NCBI GenBank assembly: GCA_045047115.1
Contig: JASFYR010000019.1
Location: 17,578 to 81,577 of the forward strand
DNA from: Sulfurospirillum sp.
GTDB lineage: Bacteria; Campylobacterota; Campylobacteria; Campylobacterales; Sulfurospirillaceae
Direction: 5' to 3'
DNA: 64,000 nt
Shown here: positions 1-8,864 of the stretch, in pieces
Position numbering within the stretch: the first letter of the stretch is position 1
How the letters are laid out: every line of letters starts with the position of its first letter
Program-made: the position numbers and the translations under genes
The notes under the pieces: generated by a model
Told to the model about the DNA's origin: nothing
Database searches by the model: none
The model's input: only the letters and a program-made list of their open reading frames with translations

Positions 1-669
1 GTTATCAAAAAGATTGCAAATTATCAAGGGAAACCAAAACTTGCTATCATCATTGACGATGTCTCTTTTTTATATCAAGTTAAGCAAATAAAAAAAATAC
101 CCTTTAAAATCACCCCTTCTTTTTTTCCTCCGACAAAGATACACCCAGATACTGTAAAACTCTCTCATATCTTTAAATTTGCTATGATCCACCTACCGCT
201 GGAAGCTATGGGTTATATGCACCCAGAGCCCAAGACCTTGCTTGCAAACAGCTCTAAAAAAGAGATTGAGGCTAGAATTGATGAGATAAAAAAAGAGTTT
301 CCGCAAATTCATTACTATAACAATCATACCGGTAGCAAGTTTACTTCAAATCCAAAAGCAATGCAGTATCTTATATCATATATGAAAGATAAAAATCTGC
401 ATTTCGTCGATAGCAGAACTACTGCAGCAACAAAAGCGGGGGTTGTTAGTAGAGCCCTACATGTAAGACTTCTCTCAAGAGATATATTTTTAGATAATGT
501 TGCAAAACCAAAGGAGATATTAGAGCAGTTGAAAAAAGCTGTAAAGATGGCAAAGAAAAGTGGATACGCCATAGCGATAGGCCACCCGCATAAAAACACT
601 TTGAAAACATTACTTGGTGCAAAGAGATATCTTAAAGATGTCCAAATGGTATATGTAGACGAATTATGA
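1..669 (+). CDS. divergent polysaccharide deacetylase family protein (YibQ-like), 5'-truncated by window edge
   Basis: Frame 1 is open from base 1 into ORF 184..669. The translation (KLAIIIDDVSF..HLPLEA..NNHTGSKFTS..FVDSRTT..AIAIGHPH) fits the YibQ/divergent polysaccharide deacetylase pattern as I recall it. Confidence 0.7.
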   Translation, partial: VIKKIANYQGKPKLAIIIDDVSFLYQVKQIKKIPFKITPSFFPPTKIHPDTVKLSHIFKFAMIHLPLEAMGYMHPEPKTLLANSSKKEIEARIDEIKKEFPQIHYYNNHTGSKFTSNPKAMQYLISYMKDKNLHFVDSRTTAATKAGVVSRALHVRLLSRDIFLDNVAKPKEILEQLKKAVKMAKKSGYAIAIGHPHKNTLKTLLGAKRYLKDVQMVYVDEL

Positions 670-1427
670 AAAAGCTTGATTATGATATAGAGGAGTTTAA
701 TCACCTTAAAGACAGACCAAAAGAGATCTATTTTAAGGGAGATCTTTCTCTTTTAAAAAAGACAAAAGTTTCCATAGTTGGGACAAGACACCCCATCTCA
801 TATACAAAAATGTTTTGCTTAAAACTGGGAAATGCTCTTAAAAAAAGAGGTGTTTGTATAGTAAGTGGTGGTGCTATGGGAGTAGATGCCCTGGCGCATA
901 AATCATCATTTCCAAATACTATAGGCGTAATGGCAAACTCCTTGGATGTAGTCTATCCAAAAGTAAACTATTCACTTATAAAATCTATGGAAAAAGATTC
1001 TCTTGTCTTAAGTGAATATCACAAAAATACTCCGGCAACCAGATACAGCTTTGTCTTAAGAAACAGACTCGTTGTCACTCTTGGTGAAGTTTTAGTTGTT
1101 GCCCAGGCAGATCTGAACAGCGGCTCCATGAGAAGTGTAGAGTTAGCCTTGAAATATGGAAAAAAGATATTTGTTTTTCCTCACCGCCTGGAGGATTCAC
1201 CAGGTACAAATCAGCTTTTGCAAGATGGTTTGGCAACAGCCATATACGACATTGATTCTTTTGCAGATATGTTTGGGAAAGCAGTTTGTCAAAGTGATGA
1301 AATTTTGGATTTTTGCAATGTGAATAACTCACTTCAAGAAGCCTTGAACAAGTTTGGTGATAAGATTTATGAGTATGAGTTGGAGGGTAAAATATATATA
1401 AAAGACATGAGAGTAGTTGTGTCGTGA
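666..1427 (+). CDS. dprA: DNA processing protein DprA (Smf)
   Basis: 253 aa with GTRHP..SGGAMGVDALAH..RNRLV motifs typical of the DprA Rossmann-like domain. 4-nt overlap with the upstream ORF. Confidence 0.85.
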   Translation: MKKLDYDIEEFNHLKDRPKEIYFKGDLSLLKKTKVSIVGTRHPISYTKMFCLKLGNALKKRGVCIVSGGAMGVDALAHKSSFPNTIGVMANSLDVVYPKVNYSLIKSMEKDSLVLSEYHKNTPATRYSFVLRNRLVVTLGEVLVVAQADLNSGSMRSVELALKYGKKIFVFPHRLEDSPGTNQLLQDGLATAIYDIDSFADMFGKAVCQSDEILDFCNVNNSLQEALNKFGDKIYEYELEGKIYIKDMRVVVS

Positions 1428-1810
1428 GATATGCCTGCATAGATGTCGGATTAAAAAGAGTAGGGATTGCTATATGTTTGGAGTTAGATATAGTAACACC
1501 GCAAAATGCTATATTGAGAAAAAACAGAAATCAAGCAGCTTTTGAAATTGATAGTTTTTTAAACAAGTGGGAGATTGAGATTCTAGTGGTCGGTATTCCT
1601 ATGAGTGGAGCCAGTAGCCAAGAGATGCAAAGACGAATCAAGCATTTTGTTTCTTTGCTGAGGTTTGATAAAAAAATTGTCTTCCAAGATGAATACGCCT
1701 CAAGTGTTGAGGCAAAAGAGATGATGCAAGGGGTGACAAAACAAAAAAGAGACGGTAAGATTGACTCAATGGCCGCAAAAATTATCTTAGAGAGATTTTT
1801 ACAAAAATAG
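1424..1810 (+). CDS. ruvX: Holliday junction resolvase-like nuclease RuvX (YqgF)
   Basis: 128 aa. The N-terminus MRYACIDVGLKRVGIAI is the YqgF/RuvX signature. 4-nt overlap with the dprA stop. Confidence 0.85.
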   Translation: MRYACIDVGLKRVGIAICLELDIVTPQNAILRKNRNQAAFEIDSFLNKWEIEILVVGIPMSGASSQEMQRRIKHFVSLLRFDKKIVFQDEYASSVEAKEMMQGVTKQKRDGKIDSMAAKIILERFLQK

Positions 1811-1925
1811 GTGCTTAAAAGCCACTGTAACTTCTCCATTGTGCAGTGGTCTCATTAACTACTTAATCTGGATTTCAAGATTGCTAGGGTATAGTATAGT
1901 TGTAAATTGTTTAAAAGGAGTTGAT

Positions 1926-2207
1926 ATGCAAGTAAATACAAATTCTATAAATGCTCAGTTTGACTGGCTATCAAATAGCTCCAGCAATGTAGCAAATATA
2001 AATACAGACGGATATAAAGCCATAGATACAGTTTTAAGCAATCAGGGCAAAGATATCATTGCTAATTCAAGCAGAAGTAAACAAGGTGTAAGTCTGGTAA
2101 AAGAGCTAAGTGATCAGAATTTGATTTCGATCGGTGTTGAGGCAAATGTTAAAGCTATAAATACACAAAACAAGATATTAGGTACTCTTTTGGATATGTT
2201 GGTATAG
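1926..2207 (+). CDS. short flagellar rod/hook-family protein (N- and C-terminal rod helices only)
   Basis: Internal ATG at 1926 is preceded by AAAAGGAG. It contains SNVANINTDGYKA (flg_bb_rod N-terminal motif) and a C-terminal segment EANVKAINTQNKILGTLLDML resembling the rod C-terminal helix. About 93 aa. Confidence 0.5.
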   Translation: MQVNTNSINAQFDWLSNSSSNVANINTDGYKAIDTVLSNQGKDIIANSSRSKQGVSLVKELSDQNLISIGVEANVKAINTQNKILGTLLDMLV

Positions 2208-2218
2208 TTTATATCAGG

Positions 2219-3241
2219 TCAGATTATAAGCATTGCATCGCCATAAGAGAAAAATCTATACTCTTTTTTGACCGCTTCTTTATATAATTCCATAGTCTTT
2301 TCGATACCCACAAATGAAGCAACCAGCATGATGAGTGTTGACTTTGGCAGGTGAAAATTTGTCAAAAGATGATTTACTCTTAGAGGCTTGTTTTGTGGGT
2401 GCAAAAACAGATCGCAATACCCATGTGTCTCTTTTGTTCTCGCATAGTATTCAACTGTTCTAGTGACAGTTGTGCCAACTGCAAGAAGAGGTCTATTCGA
2501 GTTTAGCAACTCCTTGGTTGGTGTGTCAATATCAAAGTATTCGCTATGCATTTTGTGCTCTTTTATATCTTCGCAGGTAACTGGCTTAAAAGTCCCGGCA
2601 CCTACATGCAGAGTTAAAATTTTCGTCTCAAATCTCCTCTTTAGCTCTTCAAATTTTTCTTCGCTAAAATGCAAGGAAGCTGTCGGAGCAGCTACTGCAC
2701 CTCTGTTTTGTGCAAAAACGCTCTGATAATCCTCGCTGTCTTTTTCTTCATCTTCTCTTTTTATATATGGAGGCAGCGGGATATGTCCAATTTTTTCAAG
2801 TATATCAAATAGCTTATGTGTTGGTACTTTTTTACCATTTTGTAGAAATTCTATAACTCTTAAGCCATCATCTCTCAGCTCTTTTACCGTGGCTTCAAGG
2901 CTGTCATCAAACAGTAGTTTTGTCCCAACTCTAACCCGGCCCCTTATGTATGTTGAGTACAGATTATCCTGCAAAGGGGAATTTAGAAGCAACTCAATCT
3001 TTCCACCGCTTAGCTTGTGACCAAAAATTCTGGCTTTGACAACTTTGGTATTATTTAAAACAACAGCACACTCTTGTGGAAAAAAATCAAAAATATCTCT
3101 AAAAATCGTATGAGTTATTTGTTGTTTTTTTCTCTCGTAGACCAATACTCTTGCATCGTCTTTTGGCTCAATTGGATAAGAGGCTATGAGATTAGAGGGA
3201 AGTTCATAATCATATGTAGAAACTTTGTAAGAATCCAACAA
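2219..3241 (-). CDS. queA: S-adenosylmethionine:tRNA ribosyltransferase-isomerase QueA
   Basis: 340 aa with YDYELPSNLIASYP, HVGAGTFKPV and FHLPKSTLIMLVASF motifs characteristic of QueA. Confidence 0.9.
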   Translation of the reverse strand: MLDSYKVSTYDYELPSNLIASYPIEPKDDARVLVYERKKQQITHTIFRDIFDFFPQECAVVLNNTKVVKARIFGHKLSGGKIELLLNSPLQDNLYSTYIRGRVRVGTKLLFDDSLEATVKELRDDGLRVIEFLQNGKKVPTHKLFDILEKIGHIPLPPYIKREDEEKDSEDYQSVFAQNRGAVAAPTASLHFSEEKFEELKRRFETKILTLHVGAGTFKPVTCEDIKEHKMHSEYFDIDTPTKELLNSNRPLLAVGTTVTRTVEYYARTKETHGYCDLFLHPQNKPLRVNHLLTNFHLPKSTLIMLVASFVGIEKTMELYKEAVKKEYRFFSYGDAMLII

Positions 3242-4054
3242 TTACTTTTTGCCCTCTATCTCTTCAACTTCTTCTTTTTCCTTATTATCTCCATCTTCTT
3301 TTTCCTTATTATCTCCATCTTCTTTGTCGGCAGGATTTACAATGCGGGCAACTATAATGGAAAGGCCGTAAAGTATAACCAAAGGTCCTGCCATCAAAAA
3401 CTGAGTCAAAACATCAGGAGGTGTTAAAAGAGCTGAGGTTGCAAATATAATGATGATAGCGTATCTGAAAAATCCAATCAATGCTTTGTCGTCCACAAGC
3501 CCAAGCTTGGCAAAAAAGAAAGTGATGACAGGCAGTTCAAAAGCCAAACCAAAACCAAATAGAAGTTTTGTAAAGAAGCCTACATACTCACCGATGCTTG
3601 GAAGGGCGGTGAATAGTTGCGAACCAAAATTTATAAGAAAGTTAAATCCGATAGGTACAACCACATAGTAGCAAAATGCTGAACCACTGATAAACATCAA
3701 TGTTGCAAAAAATACAAATGGCAAAACCAATCTCTTCTCTTCTTCATAAAGGCCTGGCGAAACAAATAGCCAAAACTGCCAAAAAAGTACCGGTAGAGAG
3801 AAGATGAAAGCAGTAAAAAATGAGACCTTAAGAGCTGTAAAGAAGGGTTCCTGGACTTTTGTGAAGATCACATGAGAGCCTTCTGGCAAAACTCCGTTTA
3901 GTGGAGCTATCATCCATGCGAGTATCGGCTCCCAAAATGAAAAACAGATAAAAAACATAATAAATACAGCTGCAACACTTATGTCCAGCCTCTTTCTTAG
4001 TTCGGCTAAGTGTGGTCTTAATTCATCAAACATTTTTTTCCTCTGCTTTGTCAT
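3242..4054 (-). CDS. tatC: twin-arginine translocase subunit TatC
   Basis: 270 aa polytopic membrane protein with N-terminus MFDELRPHLAELRKRL, typical of TatC. It lies directly downstream of a TatA/B-type gene. The acidic/lysine-rich C-terminal tail carries a tandem repeat. Confidence 0.9.
   Translation of the reverse strand: MTKQRKKMFDELRPHLAELRKRLDISVAAVFIMFFICFSFWEPILAWMIAPLNGVLPEGSHVIFTKVQEPFFTALKVSFFTAFIFSLPVLFWQFWLFVSPGLYEEEKRLVLPFVFFATLMFISGSAFCYYVVVPIGFNFLINFGSQLFTALPSIGEYVGFFTKLLFGFGLAFELPVITFFFAKLGLVDDKALIGFFRYAIIIIFATSALLTPPDVLTQFLMAGPLVILYGLSIIVARIVNPADKEDGDNKEKEDGDNKEKEEVEEIEGKK
3271..3325. repeat. perfect 24-bp tandem duplication (2.3 copies) inside the tatC 3' end
   Basis: Units 3271-3294 and 3295-3318 are identical (CTTCTTTTTCCTTATTATCTCCAT), followed by a partial third unit. 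In-frame; encodes KEDGDNKE twice in the TatC C-terminal tail. Confidence 0.9.
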
Positions 4055-4430
4055 TTTGTATTATTCTATCGGTGTTTATAGGATTTTTTACGATATTTTT
4101 TGTTTTTTCTACATCATTTTTGATATCTTTGATGGCTTCACTTATATCTTTTGTGCTACTTTTTATCTCTTCAAGCTCATCAAAAGAGAGCTGTTTTTTT
4201 GCACTTGTTGATGCAGAATCAAGCTTCTTTTTGTATGCCATAGCCTCTTCCTTGAGATCTTGTATCTGCATCTCTTGTTCCAGGGAGGATTTTGCTTCAT
4301 TTATACTACTTTTAAAGCTTTTGAAAAATTTTGCTATCTGCACCATGGCTTCCGGTAGTTTATCCGGTCCTAAAAAAAGTACAGCGATGATGACTACTAG
4401 GAGTATCTCGCTAAAACCCATTCCAAACAT
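4026..4430 (-). CDS. tatB: twin-arginine translocase subunit TatB (TatA/B family)
   Basis: N-terminus MFGMGFSEILLVVIIAVLFLGPDKLPE is the TatA/B TM plus amphipathic helix. The 134-aa length favours TatB. 29-nt overlap with the tatC start. Confidence 0.8.
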   Translation of the reverse strand: MFGMGFSEILLVVIIAVLFLGPDKLPEAMVQIAKFFKSFKSSINEAKSSLEQEMQIQDLKEEAMAYKKKLDSASTSAKKQLSFDELEEIKSSTKDISEAIKDIKNDVEKTKNIVKNPINTDRIIQNDKAEEKNV

Positions 4431-4499
4431 ATTTACACCTTCTTGAATTAAAAGACAGATTATATCTTATATTTAATCAAAAAAAGATAAATCAGAGTG

Positions 4500-4538
4500 A
4501 GATTTACTACTTTTTATCTTATAAAAAGTAGTAAATCT
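4500..4538. repeat. perfect 18-bp inverted repeat with 3-nt loop in the divergent tatB/hemH intergenic region
   Basis: AGATTTACTACTTTTTAT (4500-4517), CTT, ATAAAAAGTAGTAAATCT (4521-4538). Verified base by base. Confidence 0.9.
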
Positions 4539-4579
4539 ATATACTGTTAAAAAAAGAAAACAAAAGGCTTAATAATTTC

Positions 4580-5512
4580 ATGAAGAGTGCAATTTTACTT
4601 TTAAACATGGGTGGACCAAACAATCTATCTGAGGTGAAAACTTTTTTAACTAATATGTTTAATGATAAAGCTATCATTTCCGCCCCCTTTTTTATCAGAA
4701 AATTTATAGCTCATTCGATTGTTAAGAACAGACTGAGGGAGGCTACACAAAACTATAAGCTGCTAGGAGGAGTATCCCCAATTGTCGGATATACAAAAGA
4801 GTTAGTGAAGGAGTTAAGTAAAGATATGAGCGAGGATGTCTTTTATATCATGCGCTATACTCCACCTTTCGCCTATGATGTGCTTAAAGATATAAAAAAT
4901 TATAGCAGTTTTTTTGTTATTCCTCTATATCCTCACTTCTCTTCCACTACGACTCAGTCTTCATTTGATGATCTTTTTAAGGCTGCAAAAAAATTGAAAA
5001 TAGATCTGGAAAAGTTTAAAATAATAGATAAATTTTATAGCAATACCTCTTATAACAAGGTTATTACTCAAAGGATAAAAGAGACACTAAGCGGTGATAA
5101 TCCGCAAGAGTTTGAGTTGGTATTTTCTGCTCATGGTCTCCCTCAAAAGATTATAGACAAAGGCGACCCTTATATGGCGCATATAAAACAAAATGTTTAT
5201 TATGCAAGAAAAGAGCTGTTAAAAAGTGGAATCAATTTTTTTGCGACTCATTTGGCTTACCAATCAAGAGTAGGGTCTATGGAGTGGATAAAACCATATC
5301 TGGAAGACAAACTGAAATCTCTAAAAAAAAGAAGAGTCGTCATATATCCGATAGCTTTTTTGATAGACAATTCTGAAACTGAGTTTGAACTTGATATAGA
5401 GTACAGGGATATCGCAAAAGAGCTTGGTTTTAAAGATTATAGAGTAGCCAAAGCCCCAAATATACTGATAAAAGAGACTTTAAAACAATTAATCCGTGAT
5501 AAAAAGTGCTAA
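4580..5512 (+). CDS. hemH: ferrochelatase
   Basis: 310 aa with the LLLNMGGP N-terminus and FSAHGLP motif typical of ferrochelatase. Confidence 0.9.
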   Translation: MKSAILLLNMGGPNNLSEVKTFLTNMFNDKAIISAPFFIRKFIAHSIVKNRLREATQNYKLLGGVSPIVGYTKELVKELSKDMSEDVFYIMRYTPPFAYDVLKDIKNYSSFFVIPLYPHFSSTTTQSSFDDLFKAAKKLKIDLEKFKIIDKFYSNTSYNKVITQRIKETLSGDNPQEFELVFSAHGLPQKIIDKGDPYMAHIKQNVYYARKELLKSGINFFATHLAYQSRVGSMEWIKPYLEDKLKSLKKRRVVIYPIAFLIDNSETEFELDIEYRDIAKELGFKDYRVAKAPNILIKETLKQLIRDKKC

Positions 5513-6544
5513 TTCGTCGCTGAGAAAATAATCTGTATTATAAATTCTGTCATCTTTCTTGACTAACTTGTTGGATTCTAAAAGAATTTTGATTTTTTCT
5601 AACTCTCTTTTATTGAAATTTGCTAGTTTCACTCCCAATTTGCATCTTAATCCTAAAAAAACGGACTCTATATGTAAAGCCTCTTTTGAGAGATTTTCAA
5701 CCTCTTTGTATGTAGGGTCTTGCATATAGCTTTCTATCTCTTTGGCAGGATAAAACCTTTTGTCTTTTAGAAATCCAACTGCTCCGGAGCCTATGCCTAT
5801 ATAGTCATTTTGTGCCCAATAACCCAGATTATGGACACTTTGGTATATGCCAAAATTTGATATTTCATATGAGGGGAAGTTTAGACTTTCTATCTCTTTG
5901 GTAAAAAATTTTGCAAGGCTTAGTGAGTCTTTTGCGACATTTGGAGTTTTGAAAAAGTCAGTGTTTTCTTCTATGGTAAGTGAATATGCACTTAAGTGGT
6001 TTATCGGAAGTGATTTTGCTGTTTTAAGGTCTTTGAGCAAGAGTGTTTTGCTGTCTTTTGTCGTTCCATAAATCAAATCCAAAGAGATATTTTCAAAACC
6101 GGCTTTTTTTGCATTGCTTATAGCTTGGAGTGCTGTTTTTTTATTGTGATTTCTTCCTAAAAATTTCAATTTTTTATCATCAAAGCTTTGAACTCCAAAG
6201 CTTATACGGTTAACTCCTAGATTTTTCATCCCTTCGAGCCATTTTGAAGATGCCGAGTTTGGGTTTGCTTCTATTGTTATTTCTGCGTCGTTTTTTAGAT
6301 ATGGATTTAGGAGTTTAAAAAAATCTTCATATAGTGCCGGTTTTATCGTAGATGGGGTGCCTCCTCCGATAAATAGGGACTTTATACTCTTTTTGAGAGG
6401 CTTGAAAAGTAACAATTCAGCCTCCAGTTGTTTTACTATGGCCTGCATGTATCTGTTTTTCAGCTCAAACTTATCGACATAAGAGTTAAAAGCACAATAG
6501 TAACATTTGCTGTCACAAAAGGGTATATGAAGATATATAAGCAT
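5489..6544 (-). CDS. hemW: radical SAM heme chaperone HemW / oxygen-independent coproporphyrinogen oxidase-like protein
   Basis: 351 aa. CxxxCxxC radical-SAM cluster motif in HIPFCDSKCYYCAF. HemN-family length and C-terminal domain. Confidence 0.85.
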   Translation of the reverse strand: MLIYLHIPFCDSKCYYCAFNSYVDKFELKNRYMQAIVKQLEAELLLFKPLKKSIKSLFIGGGTPSTIKPALYEDFFKLLNPYLKNDAEITIEANPNSASSKWLEGMKNLGVNRISFGVQSFDDKKLKFLGRNHNKKTALQAISNAKKAGFENISLDLIYGTTKDSKTLLLKDLKTAKSLPINHLSAYSLTIEENTDFFKTPNVAKDSLSLAKFFTKEIESLNFPSYEISNFGIYQSVHNLGYWAQNDYIGIGSGAVGFLKDKRFYPAKEIESYMQDPTYKEVENLSKEALHIESVFLGLRCKLGVKLANFNKRELEKIKILLESNKLVKKDDRIYNTDYFLSDELALFITD

Positions 6545-6567
6545 TTATAAATCACTTTTTTGATAAA

Positions 6568-6602
6568 ATCTGACTTCACATGCTATTGATGTGAAGTCAG
6601 AT
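6568..6602. repeat. perfect 14-bp inverted repeat with 7-nt loop in the divergent hemW/rppH intergenic region
   Basis: ATCTGACTTCACAT (6568-6581), GCTATTG, ATGTGAAGTCAGAT (6589-6602). Confidence 0.9.
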
Positions 6603-6637
6603 AGTATTTTATACTAAATAAACAGAAAGTTAGATAA

Positions 6638-7108
6638 ATGCCGGAAATAAAAAGATACAGACCAAATGTCGCTGCTGTTATACTCTCCAGTGCCTATCCG
6701 TTAAAATGTCAATTTTTAGTGGCCAGAAGGGAAGATATAAAGGATGTTTGGCAGTTTCCTCAAGGTGGCATTGATGAGGGAGAGAGTACAAAAGAGGCAT
6801 TATTCAGGGAGCTTAAAGAGGAGATTGGTACGAACAAGATAGAGATCTTAGCCAAATATCCACAAGAGTTAAAGTATGATTTTCCAAAAACCATCGCTAA
6901 AAGGATGTATCCATTTGATGGCCAAAGTCAAACATATTTTTTAGTTAGATTAAAAGATAATGCCAAGATAAAGTTAGATACAAAACATCCGGAATTTGAT
7001 GATTATAAGTTTGTAAAAAGAAAAGAAATTTTTGATTTGGTGGCGTATTTTAAGAGGCCGGTTTATCAAAAAGTTATAAATTATTTTAAAAAAGAGGGTT
7101 ATTTATAA
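6638..7108 (+). CDS. rppH: RNA pyrophosphohydrolase RppH (Nudix hydrolase)
   Basis: 156 aa. Nudix box GGIDEGESTKEALFRELKEEIG. Sits upstream of lysC, the position I recall for Helicobacter. Confidence 0.8.
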   Translation: MPEIKRYRPNVAAVILSSAYPLKCQFLVARREDIKDVWQFPQGGIDEGESTKEALFRELKEEIGTNKIEILAKYPQELKYDFPKTIAKRMYPFDGQSQTYFLVRLKDNAKIKLDTKHPEFDDYKFVKRKEIFDLVAYFKRPVYQKVINYFKKEGYL

Positions 7109-7110
7109 TA

Positions 7111-8313
7111 ATGTTGATAGTTCAAAAATACGGAGGTACCAGTGTAGGTACCCTTGAGCGCATAAAAGAGGTTGCTAAGAGAGTAGCAAGAACAAAAGAG
7201 AGTGGAAGTGATGTAGTTGTCGTAGTCTCTGCGATGAGTGGAGAGACAAATAAGCTGATACAGATGGCACAGAGTCTAAGTAGTGATCCCAAAAGAAGAG
7301 AGATGGACCTTTTACTTAGTTCGGGTGAGAGAGTTACAAGTGCACTTTTGGCCATTTTGCTTACAGAGATGGGGCATGAAACCATTGCTATGAGTGGCAG
7401 ACAGGCGGGAATAATAACAGACAGTGTTCATACCAAGGCTAGAATCAATCATATAGATAAAAGCCATATTGAAAATGAGTTAAAAAAAGGTTTGATTGTT
7501 GTTGTTGCAGGTTTTCAAGGTATCACTGAAATTGGAGAAGTTTCAACACTAGGAAGAGGGGGAAGCGATCTCAGTGCAGTTGCGATTGCCGGAGCGTTGG
7601 GAGCCGATATGTGTGAAATTTATACAGATGTCGACGGTGTCTATACAACAGATCCGAGGATTGAGCCGAAAGCAAAAAAATTAAATCAGATAAGTTATGA
7701 TGAGATGCTGGAACTCGCCAGCTTGGGCGCAAAAGTTTTACAGACAAGATCGGTTGAATTAGCAAAAAAACTAAATGTAAATTTGGTTACAAGAAGCAGT
7801 TTCAATGACAATGAAGGAACTTATATATTAAAAGAAGAGGATATTATGGAAAAACCATTAGTAAGTGGGATAGCAATAGATAAAAATCAAGCGAGAATTA
7901 CGCTAAGAGGTGTTACTGACAAACCCGGAATTGCAGCAGAGATATTTAGAAAACTGGCGGATGTCGGTGTAAATGTAGATATGATTATCCAAAATGTCGG
8001 GCTTGACGGGGCTACAAATCTAGGTTTTACCATTCCCAAAGATGAACTTGATATGACAAAAAATGCAATGGAAGAGATAGAAGCGTCTAGGGACCTGGAG
8101 TTTGATCAGCATGTAGTAAAAGTTTCAGTTGTGGGGGTAGGAATGAAATCTCACAGTGGTGTTGCGTGTAAGGCATTTGACACACTGGCAGAAGAAAATA
8201 TAAATATAGAGATGATAAGCACAAGTGAGATAAAAGTCTCAATGATTATAAATGAAAAGTATGGAGAGTTGGCAGTCCGCGCACTCCATGATGCCTACAA
8301 GCTGGATAAATAG
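7111..8313 (+). CDS. lysC: aspartate kinase
   Basis: 400 aa. N-terminus MLIVQKYGGTSVG, amino-acid kinase domain and C-terminal ACT repeats. Confidence 0.9.
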   Translation: MLIVQKYGGTSVGTLERIKEVAKRVARTKESGSDVVVVVSAMSGETNKLIQMAQSLSSDPKRREMDLLLSSGERVTSALLAILLTEMGHETIAMSGRQAGIITDSVHTKARINHIDKSHIENELKKGLIVVVAGFQGITEIGEVSTLGRGGSDLSAVAIAGALGADMCEIYTDVDGVYTTDPRIEPKAKKLNQISYDEMLELASLGAKVLQTRSVELAKKLNVNLVTRSSFNDNEGTYILKEEDIMEKPLVSGIAIDKNQARITLRGVTDKPGIAAEIFRKLADVGVNVDMIIQNVGLDGATNLGFTIPKDELDMTKNAMEEIEASRDLEFDQHVVKVSVVGVGMKSHSGVACKAFDTLAEENINIEMISTSEIKVSMIINEKYGELAVRALHDAYKLDK

Positions 8314-8864
8314 TGCAAAAATTCCTAAAGTGGACATTGGATAATATCAGAAAAGAGAGCTCTATGATGAGCTGGATGGAGGAAAAGAGGTTTGAGTGGG
8401 TGCCTTTAAATGTCTCTATGCTGAAAAATCTTATTGAGGGGCACACAATTGTTGTTATCACTGATGATGACAGAGAGTGGTTTTGTGACTATATGCTAAA
8501 TGATATAAACAAGCTCTCTAAAAACAGACCTCTTTTACCTTTTGTCTCTTTAAATACATTTTATCCGAACATCTCTAGTTTGAAGACAAAAGAGGACATA
8601 GAGCTTTTGGAAAACATGCTTTTTCAGGCCTTTCCACATGGATATACATATTTTTATATCGGTAAAAACAACAATATAAAAATGCAGATTGCAAAAAGAA
8701 GGGATGACAGTTTTATTTGGGTGATGGATGAGCAGCTTCAAAATAGTTTTTTTCTCTCAAGTGCAGATGAAAATCTAGATATAAAACTGATACAGCTATA
8801 TAAGCTTTTAGACAAAAGCATCAATGCCTTGCTCTTCGCAGAGGTTGATTTTGAGAGTGAATGA
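8313..8864 (+). CDS. hobA: HobA-like DnaA-interacting protein (call by synteny)
   Basis: About 180-aa ORF between lysC and holB-folP, the position occupied by hobA in Helicobacter pylori as I recall it. I recognise no motif. Start uncertain (GTG at 8313 or downstream ATGs). Confidence 0.5.
   Translation: MQKFLKWTLDNIRKESSMMSWMEEKRFEWVPLNVSMLKNLIEGHTIVVITDDDREWFCDYMLNDINKLSKNRPLLPFVSLNTFYPNISSLKTKEDIELLENMLFQAFPHGYTYFYIGKNNNIKMQIAKRRDDSFIWVMDEQLQNSFFLSSADENLDIKLIQLYKLLDKSINALLFAEVDFESE

Noticed and set aside
1870-1884. Sigma-54-like element TGGATTTCAAGATTGC upstream of the mini rod gene.
   Set aside because: The GG and GC are separated by 11 nt rather than the required 10, so it does not meet the spacing rule. 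It is mentioned only as a near miss.
5489-5512. Convergent genes whose 3' ends overlap or abut without terminators: hemH/hemW (24 nt), cmoA/small ORF (15 nt) and flgH/GspF gene (4 nt).
   Set aside because: This is real in the sequence but common in compact genomes. Antisense interference is possible, but nothing here supports it.
8824-8864. The 41-nt overlap between the hobA-like and holB-like ORFs, considered as a possible frameshift or fusion.
   Set aside because: It is more simply explained by a downstream in-frame GTG or other start for holB. There is no slippery sequence, and both frames look intact.
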